From contig CM120647.1 of NCBI GenBank assembly GCA_051362555.1, positions 18,204,651 to 18,268,650 on the forward strand: DNA of 64,000 bases, read 5' to 3'. Position numbers and translations under genes: made by a program. Origin of the DNA: Lingula anatina. Lineage: Eukaryota > Animalia > Brachiopoda. Under the pieces are notes generated by a model. That model saw nothing but the letters and a program-made list of their open reading frames with translations. It did not search any database and was not told where the DNA came from. This document shows positions 37,204 through 50,344 of the stretch, one piece after another (the stretch's first letter is position 1; every line of letters starts with the position of its first letter).

Positions 37204-38231
37204 CGTTTAGTAAGATACTACCAGTAGCTCGATTTTCTCTTTTAGTTGACAGGACATGTCTCTTTGACCTTTAATGCAAATTTTATGAAGCCTTGTTTCG
37301 AAAGTCACATGGCGTCCTGTTTTGTGTATTTGAATAAATTAATTCTAAATTAAAGTAAGTACAGCACATCTTTCTATACATGAAATTGTCTCTAATAGCA
37401 AATATTGATTAATATTTATTATATCAGTAACAAAAACTGACGCTGCATTAATTGGTGATACGCTTATTTTTTCAGCTGAAAATTGCGACATCATGCCGCC
37501 AACTTAGAAGCGCCGTACTGATTCACCAGCAGATTGCGTCAGTTACCTGAAAGACAAGTTGGCCTTCGAGAAAGAACGCTTTGAATCAGAAAAGAAAGAG
37601 CGAGAAGCTCAAATTGAGAAAGACAAACAAATGATGGAGATGGTTGTCTTTGGTTAAAAAGAAAAACTGAATTGACATACTTAACTATAGGCTCTTGCTG
37701 CCTACAAGATACACATGGGCTGAATCTTTGTTAAAACATTAGTTTTTTATTCAAGATTTCATTTAAATAAATGTTTGCTTGCGGTATGAATTTTACATTT
37801 TACTCTTTAATTTTCCATACGCACAATGTACACGTGTACAGTTCATGCTAAATAGTCCTCCAAGGAGGGAGGATCTAGTTAAAAGTACCGACTCATCTGA
37901 TTGCCATACACACAGGTATGGCAGTTGACCAGAAGACCACCTATCAAGCAGCGCTTGGCTACAGGAGACAACAGAACTTTTTAATTCTTTCGAAAGTCCA
38001 GGAAGGTAAAGTTTCACAATAAGTTTCCGAACTCCCACTCGACGCATTCCCGCACAGAGGACATTCTCCTGTTGAATTCTTCTTCTTTGGCACTCAGATT
38101 TGCTCCTCTAAAGGGACTCAACAAATACCTTCTAACGGGGTAGGCCGGATCTCCATAAATTGCGTATGGAAGACCATTCCAAAATTACCTAACCTGTCCA
38201 ATGGCGTATGCCCTAATTTAACGTTTCTGCA

Positions 38232-39168
38232 AAAGCCTCGGCCGTACGGGCTCTTACGGGCTGTTTGCGTCCAAATTTTGCGCAGAATCTCACGTCCCAC
38301 GCAAGGCCTTCTTACGCAATTTCGAGTTCGAAGACAGCCCGTAAGCACGTACGGAGGATGTTGGACATGTCCAAAAGTTTCTACGAATAGCCTGCGAAAA
38401 GCGAGGCCGCAAGCGTAACTTGCTCCCCTCGCACGGAGTTAGCAAGAGAGACTCGCGTTATGCAAGACGCACGTCGCAAGCAATGAAGGAGCAAGTGCCC
38501 TTTGCGTGTTGAGTAAGGTGCAAGCCCTCACAACTAACGAACAAGGTCAAGAGCACACCGGGAATGCGTCGCAATTTAAATGGCATTGTCCTAGAAAATC
38601 TTGATGGTTGGATCTTAGTTACAATAATAGCTGGTGTATAAAGGCGTGCTCACGACGAACGCTTGTGTCTTTACAATGAACATCGACTATGTAACTTGTA
38701 CAACAATTTTCAAATTTTTGAAATTTTTGCTCAATTTAGTTTCTAATATGCCTCCAAAAGGCAAGAGAAAGAAGCTTACATAGTAGATAAAAGGGAGGAG
38801 GACGAAGAAAGAAGAGGAGAACAGGAAGCAAAACTGACGTACGCCGTCAGTACGTCTCCACATACGTGTGAGGCAAGTGTGAAGCAAAACTGACGCAAAA
38901 GGGCACTACTTTCGCCGCGCGTTGCATTCCCTTCGTAAGTGGTGAGTGTGTGCCACGTACACAGGAAGCAAGACAAACTAAAAAAATGAGTACGACCATC
39001 GCTCCTTGCAATTAGCGTCCCTGCCTGAAAGCACATCTCATGTGTCCCTTGCGACTCGCAAGGCAGACTTTTCTCTACCTCTACGACCTCCACGGCCTCC
39101 GCAACACCCAAAAATCGCAGGGGACGTACGATCCTGTAATCCGTGCGTCCGGTTGTGACCGAGGCTTT
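38232..39168. mobile_element. Probable Harbinger-like non-autonomous element
   Basis: AAAGCCTCGG / CCGAGGCTTT ends, CpG-rich interior, degenerate MPPKGKRKK ORF start at 38748. Confidence 0.55.
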
Positions 39169-39787
39169 ACAGCATGTGAAACATGCATCAGCCCACTGTA
39201 CAATTCGACTATCCGTAAAGGCTAGCCGGGTCTTTCTGCGAAATCACGAAAAAATAAACGTTGATCATTTTACGGTTACGGATAGCTAAATGTAGTCGGT
39301 CACCTAAACGTGCAGGTGCGAAAGCTCTCTATTATGTAGTAATAGAAGTGGAACATGAACGTTGTAGAGATAGTAGTAGTTATACATGTAGCTCTATTTT
39401 ATTGCCTTATATGGATCAAAATATATACCAAATCAGCAGATGAGAAAAAATGGCCTTACATTTAAATGATTTTTGGCATATAAATGTCTAACAGTCACTG
39501 TTTGACCTACAGTGTGACTGGTAACATCAGTGATCAAAAGGTTAGTTTATAGCCTACATCAACCGGTCCTTTCAGACTCAACAAAATAAAGCAGTCATTT
39601 TACAACATGACTCTTTTCACATAAATCTACTGTACCGAACCACAACAAAAAATGTTTTGGTAACCTTGATACTGGTCCCAAATAGCCAAGTTTTTCTCTT
39701 TTTTCGGACATTTATTCTTCTAGACCACACTTTTTTAAACGCCTTCTTACTATACATGAAGGACCCATAAGAGGACTTAATTTTCAG

Positions 39788-42700
39788 CAGCAACTGACAA
39801 TACATTTTCTTACAGACAAATTGTATACCGACCGATACGTGTACCATGGGTAAGGTCCCCAAACACAACGTCAACTGCTATAAAACAAGGCCATCAAAAG
39901 TATCCAATTATAAAACCGGCTGAAATACGGACATTAACAAGCACATCGTCATCGGACATCTACAACGTCCGCAAGTCGTCTTATGACAACACAGCAGCTG
40001 GTACCCAAACGAAGACTATTCCTTATAAGGGCCCTGGATATGTTCAAGTTGGCAGCCAACATGTAAACTATAATAACACGAAGACGGCTGATAGTACAAA
40101 AACTACCGATTCTTCAAGATCTCCAGCAAACACTTCGCAGGGTTATGGTGAACCATGCACTGGGAAAGACGCATTTAAAGGGCCCTGTGCATGTGTCAGG
40201 TTTCCCGATCACGACTTACCTGGCTCAGTGCTGTACAGTTTGCCGGGGTCTGGAAACACGTGGACACGATTTTTGTTGGAGCAGGCATCCGGTATGTTTT
40301 CTTTATCCTTTTTTGATTAGTTTTCTTTAAAGGGTGTTTTTCAATGTGGATTTAGCTGGTAAAATGAAAGACTCAGAAAAACTTTACCTGCACAATAATT
40401 GGAAGTGGAATTGTTTAGAACCGTTTAACAAGGAGACATGTTTAATGAGGAGACACGTAATCGGTTGGCCTTTGCACATAATGCTGGAGAATGCAATGAG
40501 AATCCAATGAAAATTTGAGCCTGAAAAGTGCCTTTTTTGTCAAGTAGCAAATTCTTTTTTTTAGGGGGGTCCTGACACCTTCCCCCCCCCCCCACCCCCC
40601 TTCGATTTCTGAAAAAAAAAATCACACTTATGGTGCCGTCTTGAAATTAGAATTTTGACTATAGCTGATCATATAGTTCTAAACCATACCAAATGGCGCC
40701 GTTCGCCCTCTTAAATACCAAAAATTTTCGGGGCCCGAACCCAATGCCAAGGGGGGTGGGGGTGGGGGGAGGGTGGGCTTTGCATCCGCTGACACCCTCT
40801 TCAAATAATCATGGATCCGCCCCTGTTGTCTATTTCATTTCATTTAAAAATCTTAGTCTGTTCTGTTCCATTGGATTTTATAAAATGTTAATGATATACA
40901 AATATATTTTGATCGGAAAGGGGGTGGGAGTGTAGGACAAAGGAGGTACAAACTAGGCTTAAGAGCAAGCAACTTAATCATGTTTTTTCCTTCATATAAT
41001 AATAATTATTATTTTATTATTTACACACAATAAGCCATGGTCCCTTACAGTATGCGTAACCGTGCAACATCGTCTTTTTACTTAAAATCAATAGGATAAT
41101 TCGACAGATCTAACTTCACACTTTTTACAAATAACTATATCAGCATTATCAGTCTTTTTTTTTAAACCTTTGATTCATCCCTTTTTTAACGTATGGAACA
41201 GGTTACTTCACTGGAAGCTTCTACAATGATGAAGAGCTTAAAAACGGTGGCTTTTTAGGCGAATCTAGGGCGGACAACAGGGTTTTTGCCATTAAATCTC
41301 ACAGGCTTCTCGCAAAATCGCTGAAGATGCGTATTGCAGCTAGTAATCGACCTATTGAAAAAGTCGTTGTCCTTCTACGCGACATGTACCAGGCCGCTGT
41401 CAGTGACATACAGAGACGCCTCACGAGCGGGTCTCACACTGCCACGGCGGATTTCAATACGAAAGGCAAGTTAGGAATGATCTGCGCATGCGTTACTTTG
41501 CTATGGAATGCAAACATGTACGGTGTCTTTGAGTGTTTAGCGTTTACCCTGGGACCCAAAGTATAGGACCCGAATTATCTTCTATTGCCGTGTTGTTTTA
41601 TTTAATATAGCCAGCTCTCTTTCTAAAAATCGGTAATATTTTTATTTCAATATCGTGTAAGCCTCATAAAGTCTGAAAAAGAAAGCAGTGTGAAACAACC
41701 TTTTCATTTCAATACCTTGTAAGCCTTATGAAGTCCGAAAAAAGAAAGCAATCTAAAAGAACCTATGACTTAATTAGTAATCATATAATTTGTATTTTAC
41801 TGTCCAGCAGCTGTTCAAAGCTATGTCCACAATTTGCACAGCTGGGCCAACAAAAGAACTCTGGAATGGATTTCGCAGCGGAAAATGTCCATATTCATTC
41901 TACGGTAGGTATTCCACGGTGCAACGGAAGTAGATTCTCTACCAAAAAAAGTATTTTTCCTTCTCACGAATCGTCACTCGGCCCTTCCCTGCCCTTAGAT
42001 TTGACATTGTATTCAGTTGTATTATTAAAGGGATAATAACTGTTCGTTTGGGACAAAAAATTAATTTTCCTGGAGTGAACAGCAATTTTCCCATACTTAC
42101 CTATGGTTAATGAATCCATTTCTACATTCAAAGTTAGTCCCTGTTTTTTTTTTTTTTTTCTAAAAAGTTTTTTTTTATTATAATCCCTTAAGAAATTATT
42201 GCAGAGTATAGCCATCAATGGAGGTCACGTGGTCTAAAGACATGCTTAGATATCAGAATAATAGCTATAACCGCTGTTTTTGTGATAAAACAGAATATAT
42301 TATATTTCTATGAGTTGTTCACAATGTTTTTATTGTGAAATATAGATCGTATACGAAGAGTTATTGTCCCTTTAATGAGGCATGCCATTTAGAACGTCAA
42401 GTCTTCTTGTACATTTTGTAAGGAACTATCGACGTCTGATGCTTTTATTTGCGGGGATAAAGGTTTTATTTTAGGTCTGAAGTGGGAAATAGATTTGTCG
42501 GATATGTAGACATACAAAATGTGACAAGCGCAGACCTTTTAATGTATCTTATTCTCACGTATGCACATGTAAAATGTACAGAGATAAATAGAACAGAGTA
42601 ACAATGTTACACGAATCTGCAATCGTATTCAACTTTGTAGCGCGATGAACCCTAGTAGTGGGAGTGTTGTTTATGCATGTAAACGCTATTAAGTGATAGA

Positions 42701-43369
42701 CGCAGCAATTTTTTTCTCCAAATAAAGTTTGGCTGAGGTAGTTGGCCAAATTCTTTATCGCTGCTTCATTGGAGTTTTTCATTTCGTAGGTGAATTTGTG
42801 ACTCATAGTTAACTGATATATTACTTATGATTATTACTAAAAATATCTAAAAGGTGCTAATGCTTTTTAAAATAAACCACTTAAAGGTATTATGAATCAT
42901 TATATTCATATTGGACTTAAGAATTACTGTTTTCATAAACTAAAATTTTGCAATTACTTCAAACATTCCATAAAACGTTTTTGGGCTCTTTTCTTTTTAG
43001 CACTATCAAATCACATGCAGTTTAAGTTATATATAGGATGATTGGTTTCTGTTGTTAATTTTTAGGTACGAAGCGCTGAAAAAGAACTTAACTGAAGCTT
43101 TGGGGGCCACTATGGCATTTTTACAGTTGCCTGTGAGCAAGAATCGATTGGAGTGCATCAGAAAACATTCCGAAGGGAAGTTTCATCGAAAGAGTAGCTA
43201 CCAACCGCCTTCGCATTTGTCTAAACGTATTCAAGACGCAGTGGACACAGAAGAAAATCTTCTCGAAACAACTCTGAAGGCGAGGTATAAAGCAGTGCCT
43301 CATCTTACCTTCGGGTACATTAACAGCTCTGCAAATCCAATAACAAGCCATGGAGATGCAAAGTATTAA
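39788..43369 (+). CDS. WSCD-family sulfotransferase-like protein, 5' end not located. Exons about 39788-40291, 41202-41465, 41808(or 41811)-41904, 43066-43369
   Basis: LYSLPGSGNTWTRFLLEQASG|YFTGSFY...GGFLGE...AIKSH...VVVLLRD...RYEALK...RLECI...EGKFHR, the WSCD-type sulfotransferase domain pattern, preceded by an S/T-rich stem. Splice phases are consistent if the 41466 donor is GC. Confidence 0.85.
40590..40825. mobile_element. MITE relative of the element at 1330-14177 (left end not resolved)
   Basis: Shares TCGATTTCTGAAAAAA...GAATTTTGACTA...CCAAATGGC.CCGTTCGCCCTCT and the GGATCCGCCCCTG end. Confidence 0.75.
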
Positions 43370-43415
43370 CTTCAGGAGCTAGGGGATCTCGATTTAGTTG
43401 ACATCGCACTCAATG

Positions 43416-43715
43416 ATAGCATTCACAACGAGTTGAGCCAGGCTTTACAAATCCTGGGGACTAAATATGGCGGTCGTACATGAAAGAAAAACCGCCTAAT
43501 CTTTTAATAGTCTCTCCGCCTCTCACACGCCTCCCCACACGTCGTCCCTGCGGGGGAACAGTCATTAAATCTCGGCTCCATTGGGACGACACATGGGGAG
43601 GCGTGTGAGAGGCGGAGAGACTATTAAAAGATTAGGCGGTTTTTCTTTCATGTACGTCCGCCATATTTAGTCCCCAGGATTTGTAAAGCCTGGCTCAACT
43701 CGTTGTGAATGCGAT
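43416..43715. mobile_element. Fold-back MITE (TIRs about 125 bp) just downstream of the WSCD-like stop codon
   Basis: Near-perfect inverted arms, flanked by direct repeat CAATG (43411-43415 and 43716-43720). Confidence 0.88.
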
Positions 43716-43859
43716 CAATGTTTGCTCTCTTGCATAAATGTTTATCCTCAAAATCCCATCAGAATCTGTTTATTTTAGACACCTTGTACACAAACAAACC
43801 AACACTAACGAAAGCACAGCCTCCTGCGTTGATGGGGAAAAAATAAAAGCACATATAAG

Positions 43860-44146
43860 ATTTATCATATCTGTTTGTTTATTCGTTTAAACCTGGGCAC
43901 AGCAAAAGTTGTCATTCCCTCGCTGAGGTCTACAAAACTGCATATTGACTCAAAAGAATAAATTATACATCGTTTTGTTACGTGAGAACTGATGTTGGTC
44001 GAAAGTCGCGTTCTATCAATACTACATCGTATTGACCTCCTAAGCGGTCAATGTAGATCGAGGATCAGGAGAGAAATAATTCTCTACGGACTTGACGGAT
44101 CCACAGACGGGATTCGAAGTCAGACATTAACCACTAGGCTATGCGG
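43860..44146 (-). mobile_element. Possible degenerate tRNA-derived SINE
   Basis: Minus strand has an A-box-like TAGCCTAGTGG followed by a B-box-like TTCGAATCCC with shortened spacing, and an AATAAAC-type tail near 43875. Confidence 0.4.
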
Positions 44147-44328
44147 TGTAACAGGAATGGTGGTCCGCTAGGAACCGTTGTCAGTTCCCCATTACTATGT
44201 ACATGCGACATTGGTCCCATATATTAACCCCAGTACCCCAGCTAACCCTAACCAGTAAGTATCATATGGGATAGTTATTCAAAAACTTCTTTCTCTAAAA
44301 CCTTAACTGGGCATAAGCTAGTCCATTT

Positions 44329-44359
<31 letters not shown>

Positions 44360-44550
44360 GGGGGGGGGGATTGATAATACTGAATCACAGTATATAACCT
44401 TTGTAGAGTATATTAAAATACCTGAGCTATCCCTGATTAATATACATAAACAATGCCAGATTCTTACGTACATATTTTTCTGAAATACTGGAAATTAGCT
44501 GGCATTCATTTTTTGTTCTATAGTTCATTAAAATTAGCATTTTCAAAATT

Positions 44551-44897
44551 TCAATCTCCTTGGCTGGAGTCAGATTTTTCGTAGTCCTCCTGCAGTTGTT
44601 TAAGCAATGACTGCTTCTCATCTTCTGGTAAGAAGGTGGCTCTAGCTGCATTCAGGTTCTTAAATAGAAAACAAACATCAAATAAGATATTTAAATACTG
44701 AAAGAAGCACCAATAAGTCTTAAAAGTCAACAGCTTCAATCACCGTTTTAATATGTGACAGTTTCAACAAGTCCCTATGCACCAATCACTGTATTAATCA
44801 GAATTTACTGGCTGTGTCAATAGTGGGGGACTGTTCAGGAGATTATCTTACATAATAGACAGGGTTTTAAGTTTACAATCTCTCTAAATGGTGCAGG

Positions 44898-44989
<92 letters not shown>

Positions 44990-47900
44990 TCCTGGAGAGG
45001 GGGTATCAATCTCTGAAAATGGCTCCAAGCTGAAAAGTGTAATTTATTATTTATGAAGACTTACTGCATTTCTGATCTGTTCTAGACACAGTCCAATCTT
45101 CTCCGTGCATGTCTCGTACTCTGATGAAAGGAATCCTCCAATCAGTAGTGGGTCATCTGTGTTAACTGAGAAGTCTACGCCGTCTTGCGCAAATCTGAAC
45201 AAATAAGGCAAAGTTAAGACATTCTCAAAGGCACATAAAGTTGAAAGTTTTTTTTTTACTTTTCCAAAATTAGAATTAATTTTTTTCTTCAGTTACCTTA
45301 AAAAGTTATTTTTCTGTGTTTAATATTTTCATAAAAAAATTACTGGCCTTGTTATGTTCTCCATTTTAAACCTAAAATCAGGTCTGTTTGAATAATGATA
45401 AATCATAGGTATTGTAGTACTTCACTTAATCTTTGACACATACGTAAGCCATACCTTGCCAGTCATAAAATATGTTCATGAAACATGTATGACTTTCAAT
45501 TCTTTTTTGTGTCAAAGAGGATTAAGAAAATTACTGGTCTAAAAATTTTGATCCATTTCTGGGATATAGCTCTTTTATGAAGCAAACCTGTGGTATCTTT
45601 TGACGAACATTCACATTACTTGACTTATTACCTTAAGATGGGGTGCTTTGTCCAATCAGTGCTTACAGATCCAGTCATGTGACTTGACACAGGACAAGCT
45701 TCAAAATGGACACCTTTCTCTTGCACAGCTTTATACAGAGTTTCGTCGTCGAGCACGTGATAACCATGTCCTAAACGCTGTGCATGCATGTCATAAACTG
45801 CCTGAAAATTATGAAAATTGTCAAAATTGTAACTAACATGGGCAATTTATGGGCAATTGTAGATGGTGTGCACTTTTAGTTATAAAAAAACAAAAACAAA
45901 AGCTGAGCAAAATGAATCACAAGAAAAACATCAGAGTAAAATAAGTCAAGGTTTAAAAACACATGAGAAAAGATGTACCTCTCTCACAATCTCAGCTGGT
46001 CCATTTTCCCCAGCATGGACAGTGCGACTTAACCCTAGCCTCTCTGCCTCCTACAACATTAAAAAATCACTAGTCTCATATTAAATTATCAAAATAACAG
46101 TGTGATGAGGAGCATAATTCCACAATATATCCACCTATTTAAATACCTTATGGTGCATGAGAAGGCAACTTTCATCTTCCAAATCACACGTACAGGGAGT
46201 ATTAGACTTTTATGTGACAAAAATTCAATTCTTCTGGAATTTTCCACCGCAGGCACAGTGTCCATTATGGAAGAGGGGTAACAATTTAGTTTCAAACTAC
46301 TGAAAGAAACAGTTACAATGTAGAACCTTGAGTTAAATCATCCAAAATGTGTCAGTACCTGGAATACTCTTAAATGTTCGTCGTGACTTTTGATATCTTT
46401 CAAGTCTAAATTCTCATCTCCAGCTAAATCTATGGCCACAACACCCTGGTCCTTGAACTTTAAGCACAAGTCCAAAATTTCCTGGGCCCACTCTACAAGA
46501 CAACACAAGATCCTGGACTTTACTAACAAGCTGAAGTCACCTTCTCTGGATTGTTTACAAATACAGCTGTAAAAGGCTTTCTAAAATCCAGCAATATATT
46601 ACTGTCTTATACAATTGTATCTGACATATTAATTATGTTCTAGAGGAACTATATGCCTTAGTTCTCCACGAGTCCTATTTGTGCTGTTTAGATAGACATT
46701 TAACACTGGATGTATTGATTGGGCTCCACTTATGGAATCATCTTATTGTATCATAAAGATAAGCCTGGTGTAAAAAAAGGCCTTAACAATATGCTACTAG
46801 TTTTGTCCCTCATAAGTCTTACAAAGAATGACACTTTTATGTCTATGCTGTTATCAGAAAAAAAAGTCTCCCATGCACTGTGTAACTTTACAAACAAGAT
46901 CAGATCAAGCACAATCAACTCACCTGGTCTTTCTCTCATACAGCAGAGGATGGTCTTCACCTTGATATTAAAGTCTACACACCCCTTCTTCAAACCTTTG
47001 AAAACACATATAAAGACATATGCATATTATGTCCATAAGCCACATATTTGCCATGTCTATACAATTATCCTGCAAAGTTACTTCTCTCTCCTTTAAGACC
47101 TTAAAATGATAAAAATGATTATTTTGTGAAAAAAGCCACTTAAATGTTATCCTCCTTCAAATGATGGACCTCCCCCTTCCCATTTAATTCACATTTAAAT
47201 TCATTTACATAATTGAAAAGAATCATCTACAAGATGCCACTTATGGCTTTGATAACATTTTTTCCTTCAAAAAGAATGTTTCACTGTTGAACAGGCAATC
47301 TACTAAGTAGTACATTAAATCCTATCAAACTCAGGCGTTATAGAGTCATGAACAATGTTAATGCTCTCCATAGATTTGATTACTGTTATATTTATATACC
47401 TCTGTTAACAGCCTTAACAACCTCCAGAGGTGACACATTTCCCTTCGTGTCAGCGTAGAATGGGTTCTCCATGTCGTTGGCCAGTAGATGAGGACAGTAA
47501 CGAGCTTCGCAGTAAATGATGTTATCGTTGGAGCAGTCCTCGCAAAACTCGTAGGCTACTCGTTCTATGGCCTCTAGATCCCCACTGAAAATGAAGAGTA
47601 AGAGCGCATTTTAAGTGGACTAACAGATCTGCGGATCAAATATGGCGACCCACTAAAAAGCTTGCTGCTTAATTCCCAATTGGACACTGTAAAGATTCCC
47701 AGCAGAAATTATGCAACAAGCATTCAAGTGGGCCGACCATATTTGACCTGTGGCTTTGTTAGGGTGCTTTCCCAGAGATTTAGATGGATCTAAAGATTAA
47801 GTTTTAGATCGACCTAACTCCCTGGGGGTTCACGCTAAATTGCAGTCATCTGAGCGGGCACCATAGTTAATTACCCCCTTACAGCTTTTAGTAGGCGGGA

Positions 47901-48262
47901 CGGACATTTAAGCTGGATTAGACAGTAATCTAGTGAGACTCCCCGCGGGGATAGATCGATCTAAAAATCTATGGAAATGGGGTGTTAGTCTGCTGTTCTG
48001 AATATATGCGCCAAGTGGATAGTTCCCATAATTATCAGTCCATGTTACAAATATCTGGGGGTCATTCAAATTAGGCATGCAGACGACCTCAGATTTCTAC
48101 TGACTGACCCATGATGGGTATGTGCTGATGTATGGATTACAGATACACAAGAACTCAATAGATAGATGTTTCTATTACTACAGGGTAATTACTGTGTCTT
48201 ATGAAAGGGCTGGTGGTTATGAAGTTTGAAATCATATATGTGATAAAAGGTAGAAGTTCCTG

Positions 48263-48306
<44 letters not shown>

Positions 48307-49583
48307 CAGAAAGAAGGAGGACACACATATGCATTTTCCCCTACCGACTAGTAATAATCTATTTTTTACCTATTGATTTACACCTTACCATATCACAGGC
48401 ATGTGTATTGCAAAAACTGCCAGGAACTCTGTCAGAGAACCCCTATCAGTGATAGTCAGGTGCTCTTGTAGCTCCTCAACACTGTTCCCGGGAAGACTCA
48501 TGTTTCTTCTTCTAAAAATAAAAAAAAAGATTAAAAAAATACTATTAAGAGGATCTTGGCAATGTGATCCAAAATGAAACAGATTGAAAACATATTTCAA
48601 TTTAGGTCATAATTTCAAGTCAAACTGACCAAAACTACAGACTTCTTGATGAATAGATGGATGGATAGATACTGTAGATTAAAAGATAGACTGTAGACTG
48701 ACAGACAGGCAGATAAATATATGAAAAAAATTACTTTCCCACATCCCATATTGTTGAGGCACGAACAGCTCCATCTAGGTGAACATGAAGATCAACCTGT
48801 AAAATGTAGTGTACAGCACACAATTACTAGTAATTTGAGTGCTTATTCTAAAGGTTTTTTTTTCATTTAATATTCTCATATATTGAATTAATTTGTGGCT
48901 TAATTCAGAGCAGATATGTATAATGTACACTTAGCACTTCATTGGGAAAATAAACAACCATTAAGTAAAATTATTAGGAGTTTTTAACAAAATATTAAAA
49001 CTAAAGTATGCCTTCTTTTGTTTTAGGTGTGTTACAAAAAATTAATCAATAATAAAGAAACCTGATAATTTTAAAAAAGCACAAAAAATGTCCAAAATAA
49101 AAATTTAATGCCTTTTTTTGTTTCAGGTGTGTTACAAAAAATTAATCAAACAAGAAACCTGATAATTTTTTTTTAAAGCAAAAAACGTATTTATGATACC
49201 AAAATATACAGTACAGTAGCTGTATCAGCGCGCGATGTCGGACTCAAATAAACAACTGCCGTCTTCTGTTCCTAATCAAAAGGTGTCTTTTTTCAATTTA
49301 AATCAGATATCTATAACAAATTGTCATTCAAAATAACAATCATTCCTTTGTTTACGTGACCATTTGGGGCCGTGGCTCCTCGTCCTGTACTATTTAGGTA
49401 AGACAGGCCCACTGAAAGTGTTCAATCAAAAGTCAAATCTACCGCCACGGTCTCAATTTCTCTCCGAATGCTAAATGTTAGAACGACACCCAGCTTTTAA
49501 ATTTGTATTATCACATTTTTATCTACAAATAACTTTAATCAAACAATGTCACAAACCTTCTTCATTTTTCTCCGCTGATCCAT
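44551..49583 (-). CDS. ADA: Adenosine deaminase, about 10 coding exons
   Basis: Exons read on the minus strand: MDQRRKMKK (49583-49557), VDLHVHLDGAVR (48796-48735), SLTEFL (48511-48389), ERVAYEFCED/EARYCPH (about 47584-47400), KTILCCMR, GVVAIDLAGDE, RTVHAGE, RLGHGYH/HFEACPVSS, SVNTDDP, NLNAARATFLP. Zinc-binding and catalytic motifs are present. Confidence 0.95.
44901..44989. repeat. (TA)n(TG)n compound microsatellite
   Basis: Direct observation. Confidence 0.95.
47762..47984. mobile_element. Harbinger-type MITE with TTA TSD in an ADA intron (interior inverted relative to 31206)
   Basis: Reverse-complement match to 31206-31420; TTA flanks. Confidence 0.85.
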
Positions 49584-49974
49584 GACGGGGCGTAATCTCT
49601 TTCTTCTGACAACCTCTTTGACCTCATTACGTGATCGGCACGTCGACCTCATACACGACTCAAAGCTGCCTTGCAGGTTTGTAATTTTGTCTCGATACTA
49701 TATCGACGACATCAGAAATATCCACCTCACAATATGATGCATTTTTTCTAAGTATTTTTATCATATTTAATTTATTAGTTCAATATTTATAGAAATTGTC
49801 CTGCATTCTGTAGCATTAATCCAAAAAGTTATTTTCTTATTTTAAAACTAAAGTAATGACAATAGATAGCTTCGTATGCGTCGAACTTTATCTAGGCTGG
49901 ATTAAATACGTAACCACGCAATGTGACCGCCGGCTGAAGTAGATGACCTTGAAAGGCTACTATACTCTCTTATA
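49584..49974. promoter_or_regulatory. Probable bidirectional promoter between ADA and MPV17
   Basis: Divergent start codons separated by 391 bp; several ACGT-core motifs. Function is inferred from geometry. Confidence 0.65.
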
Positions 49975-50313
49975 ATGTCAAAACTATGGCAGGCATACCT
50001 TGGTGTGTTACAGAGACATCCTTGGAAAACTCAGGCGACAACTACAGGTACCTGCGAGCGTCAGCTGAGGCTGCATGGCCACTATCATGGGGTGTTGATG
50101 AAGGCTAGCTTAAGGCGGTCGGTGCAGAATGTTGTGCACGTGGCGTAGCTCGAACTTTCTGTGATCAGCACGTCGAACTCAGACAATCCTTTGCTCTTCG
50201 TAGACTAAATGTTCTTTGTTGCCTATGTCTAGAATAAATACTGCTTTGAGGGGAGTAAAATAATCTAATTAAAAAGATGCGTTGTCATTTGGGCACATTT
50301 AGTGTGCCCCCCC

Positions 50314-50344
<31 letters not shown>

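Noticed and set aside
37490-37660. Coiled-coil ORF fragment (YLKDKLAFEKERFESEKKERE) as the first exon of the WSCD-like gene
   Set aside because: It has no signal anchor and ends in a stop; it looks more like a transposon accessory-gene remnant, too weak to call.
44095-44150. tRNA gene
   Set aside because: A-box to B-box spacing is too short and no cloverleaf can be formed; at most a SINE head.
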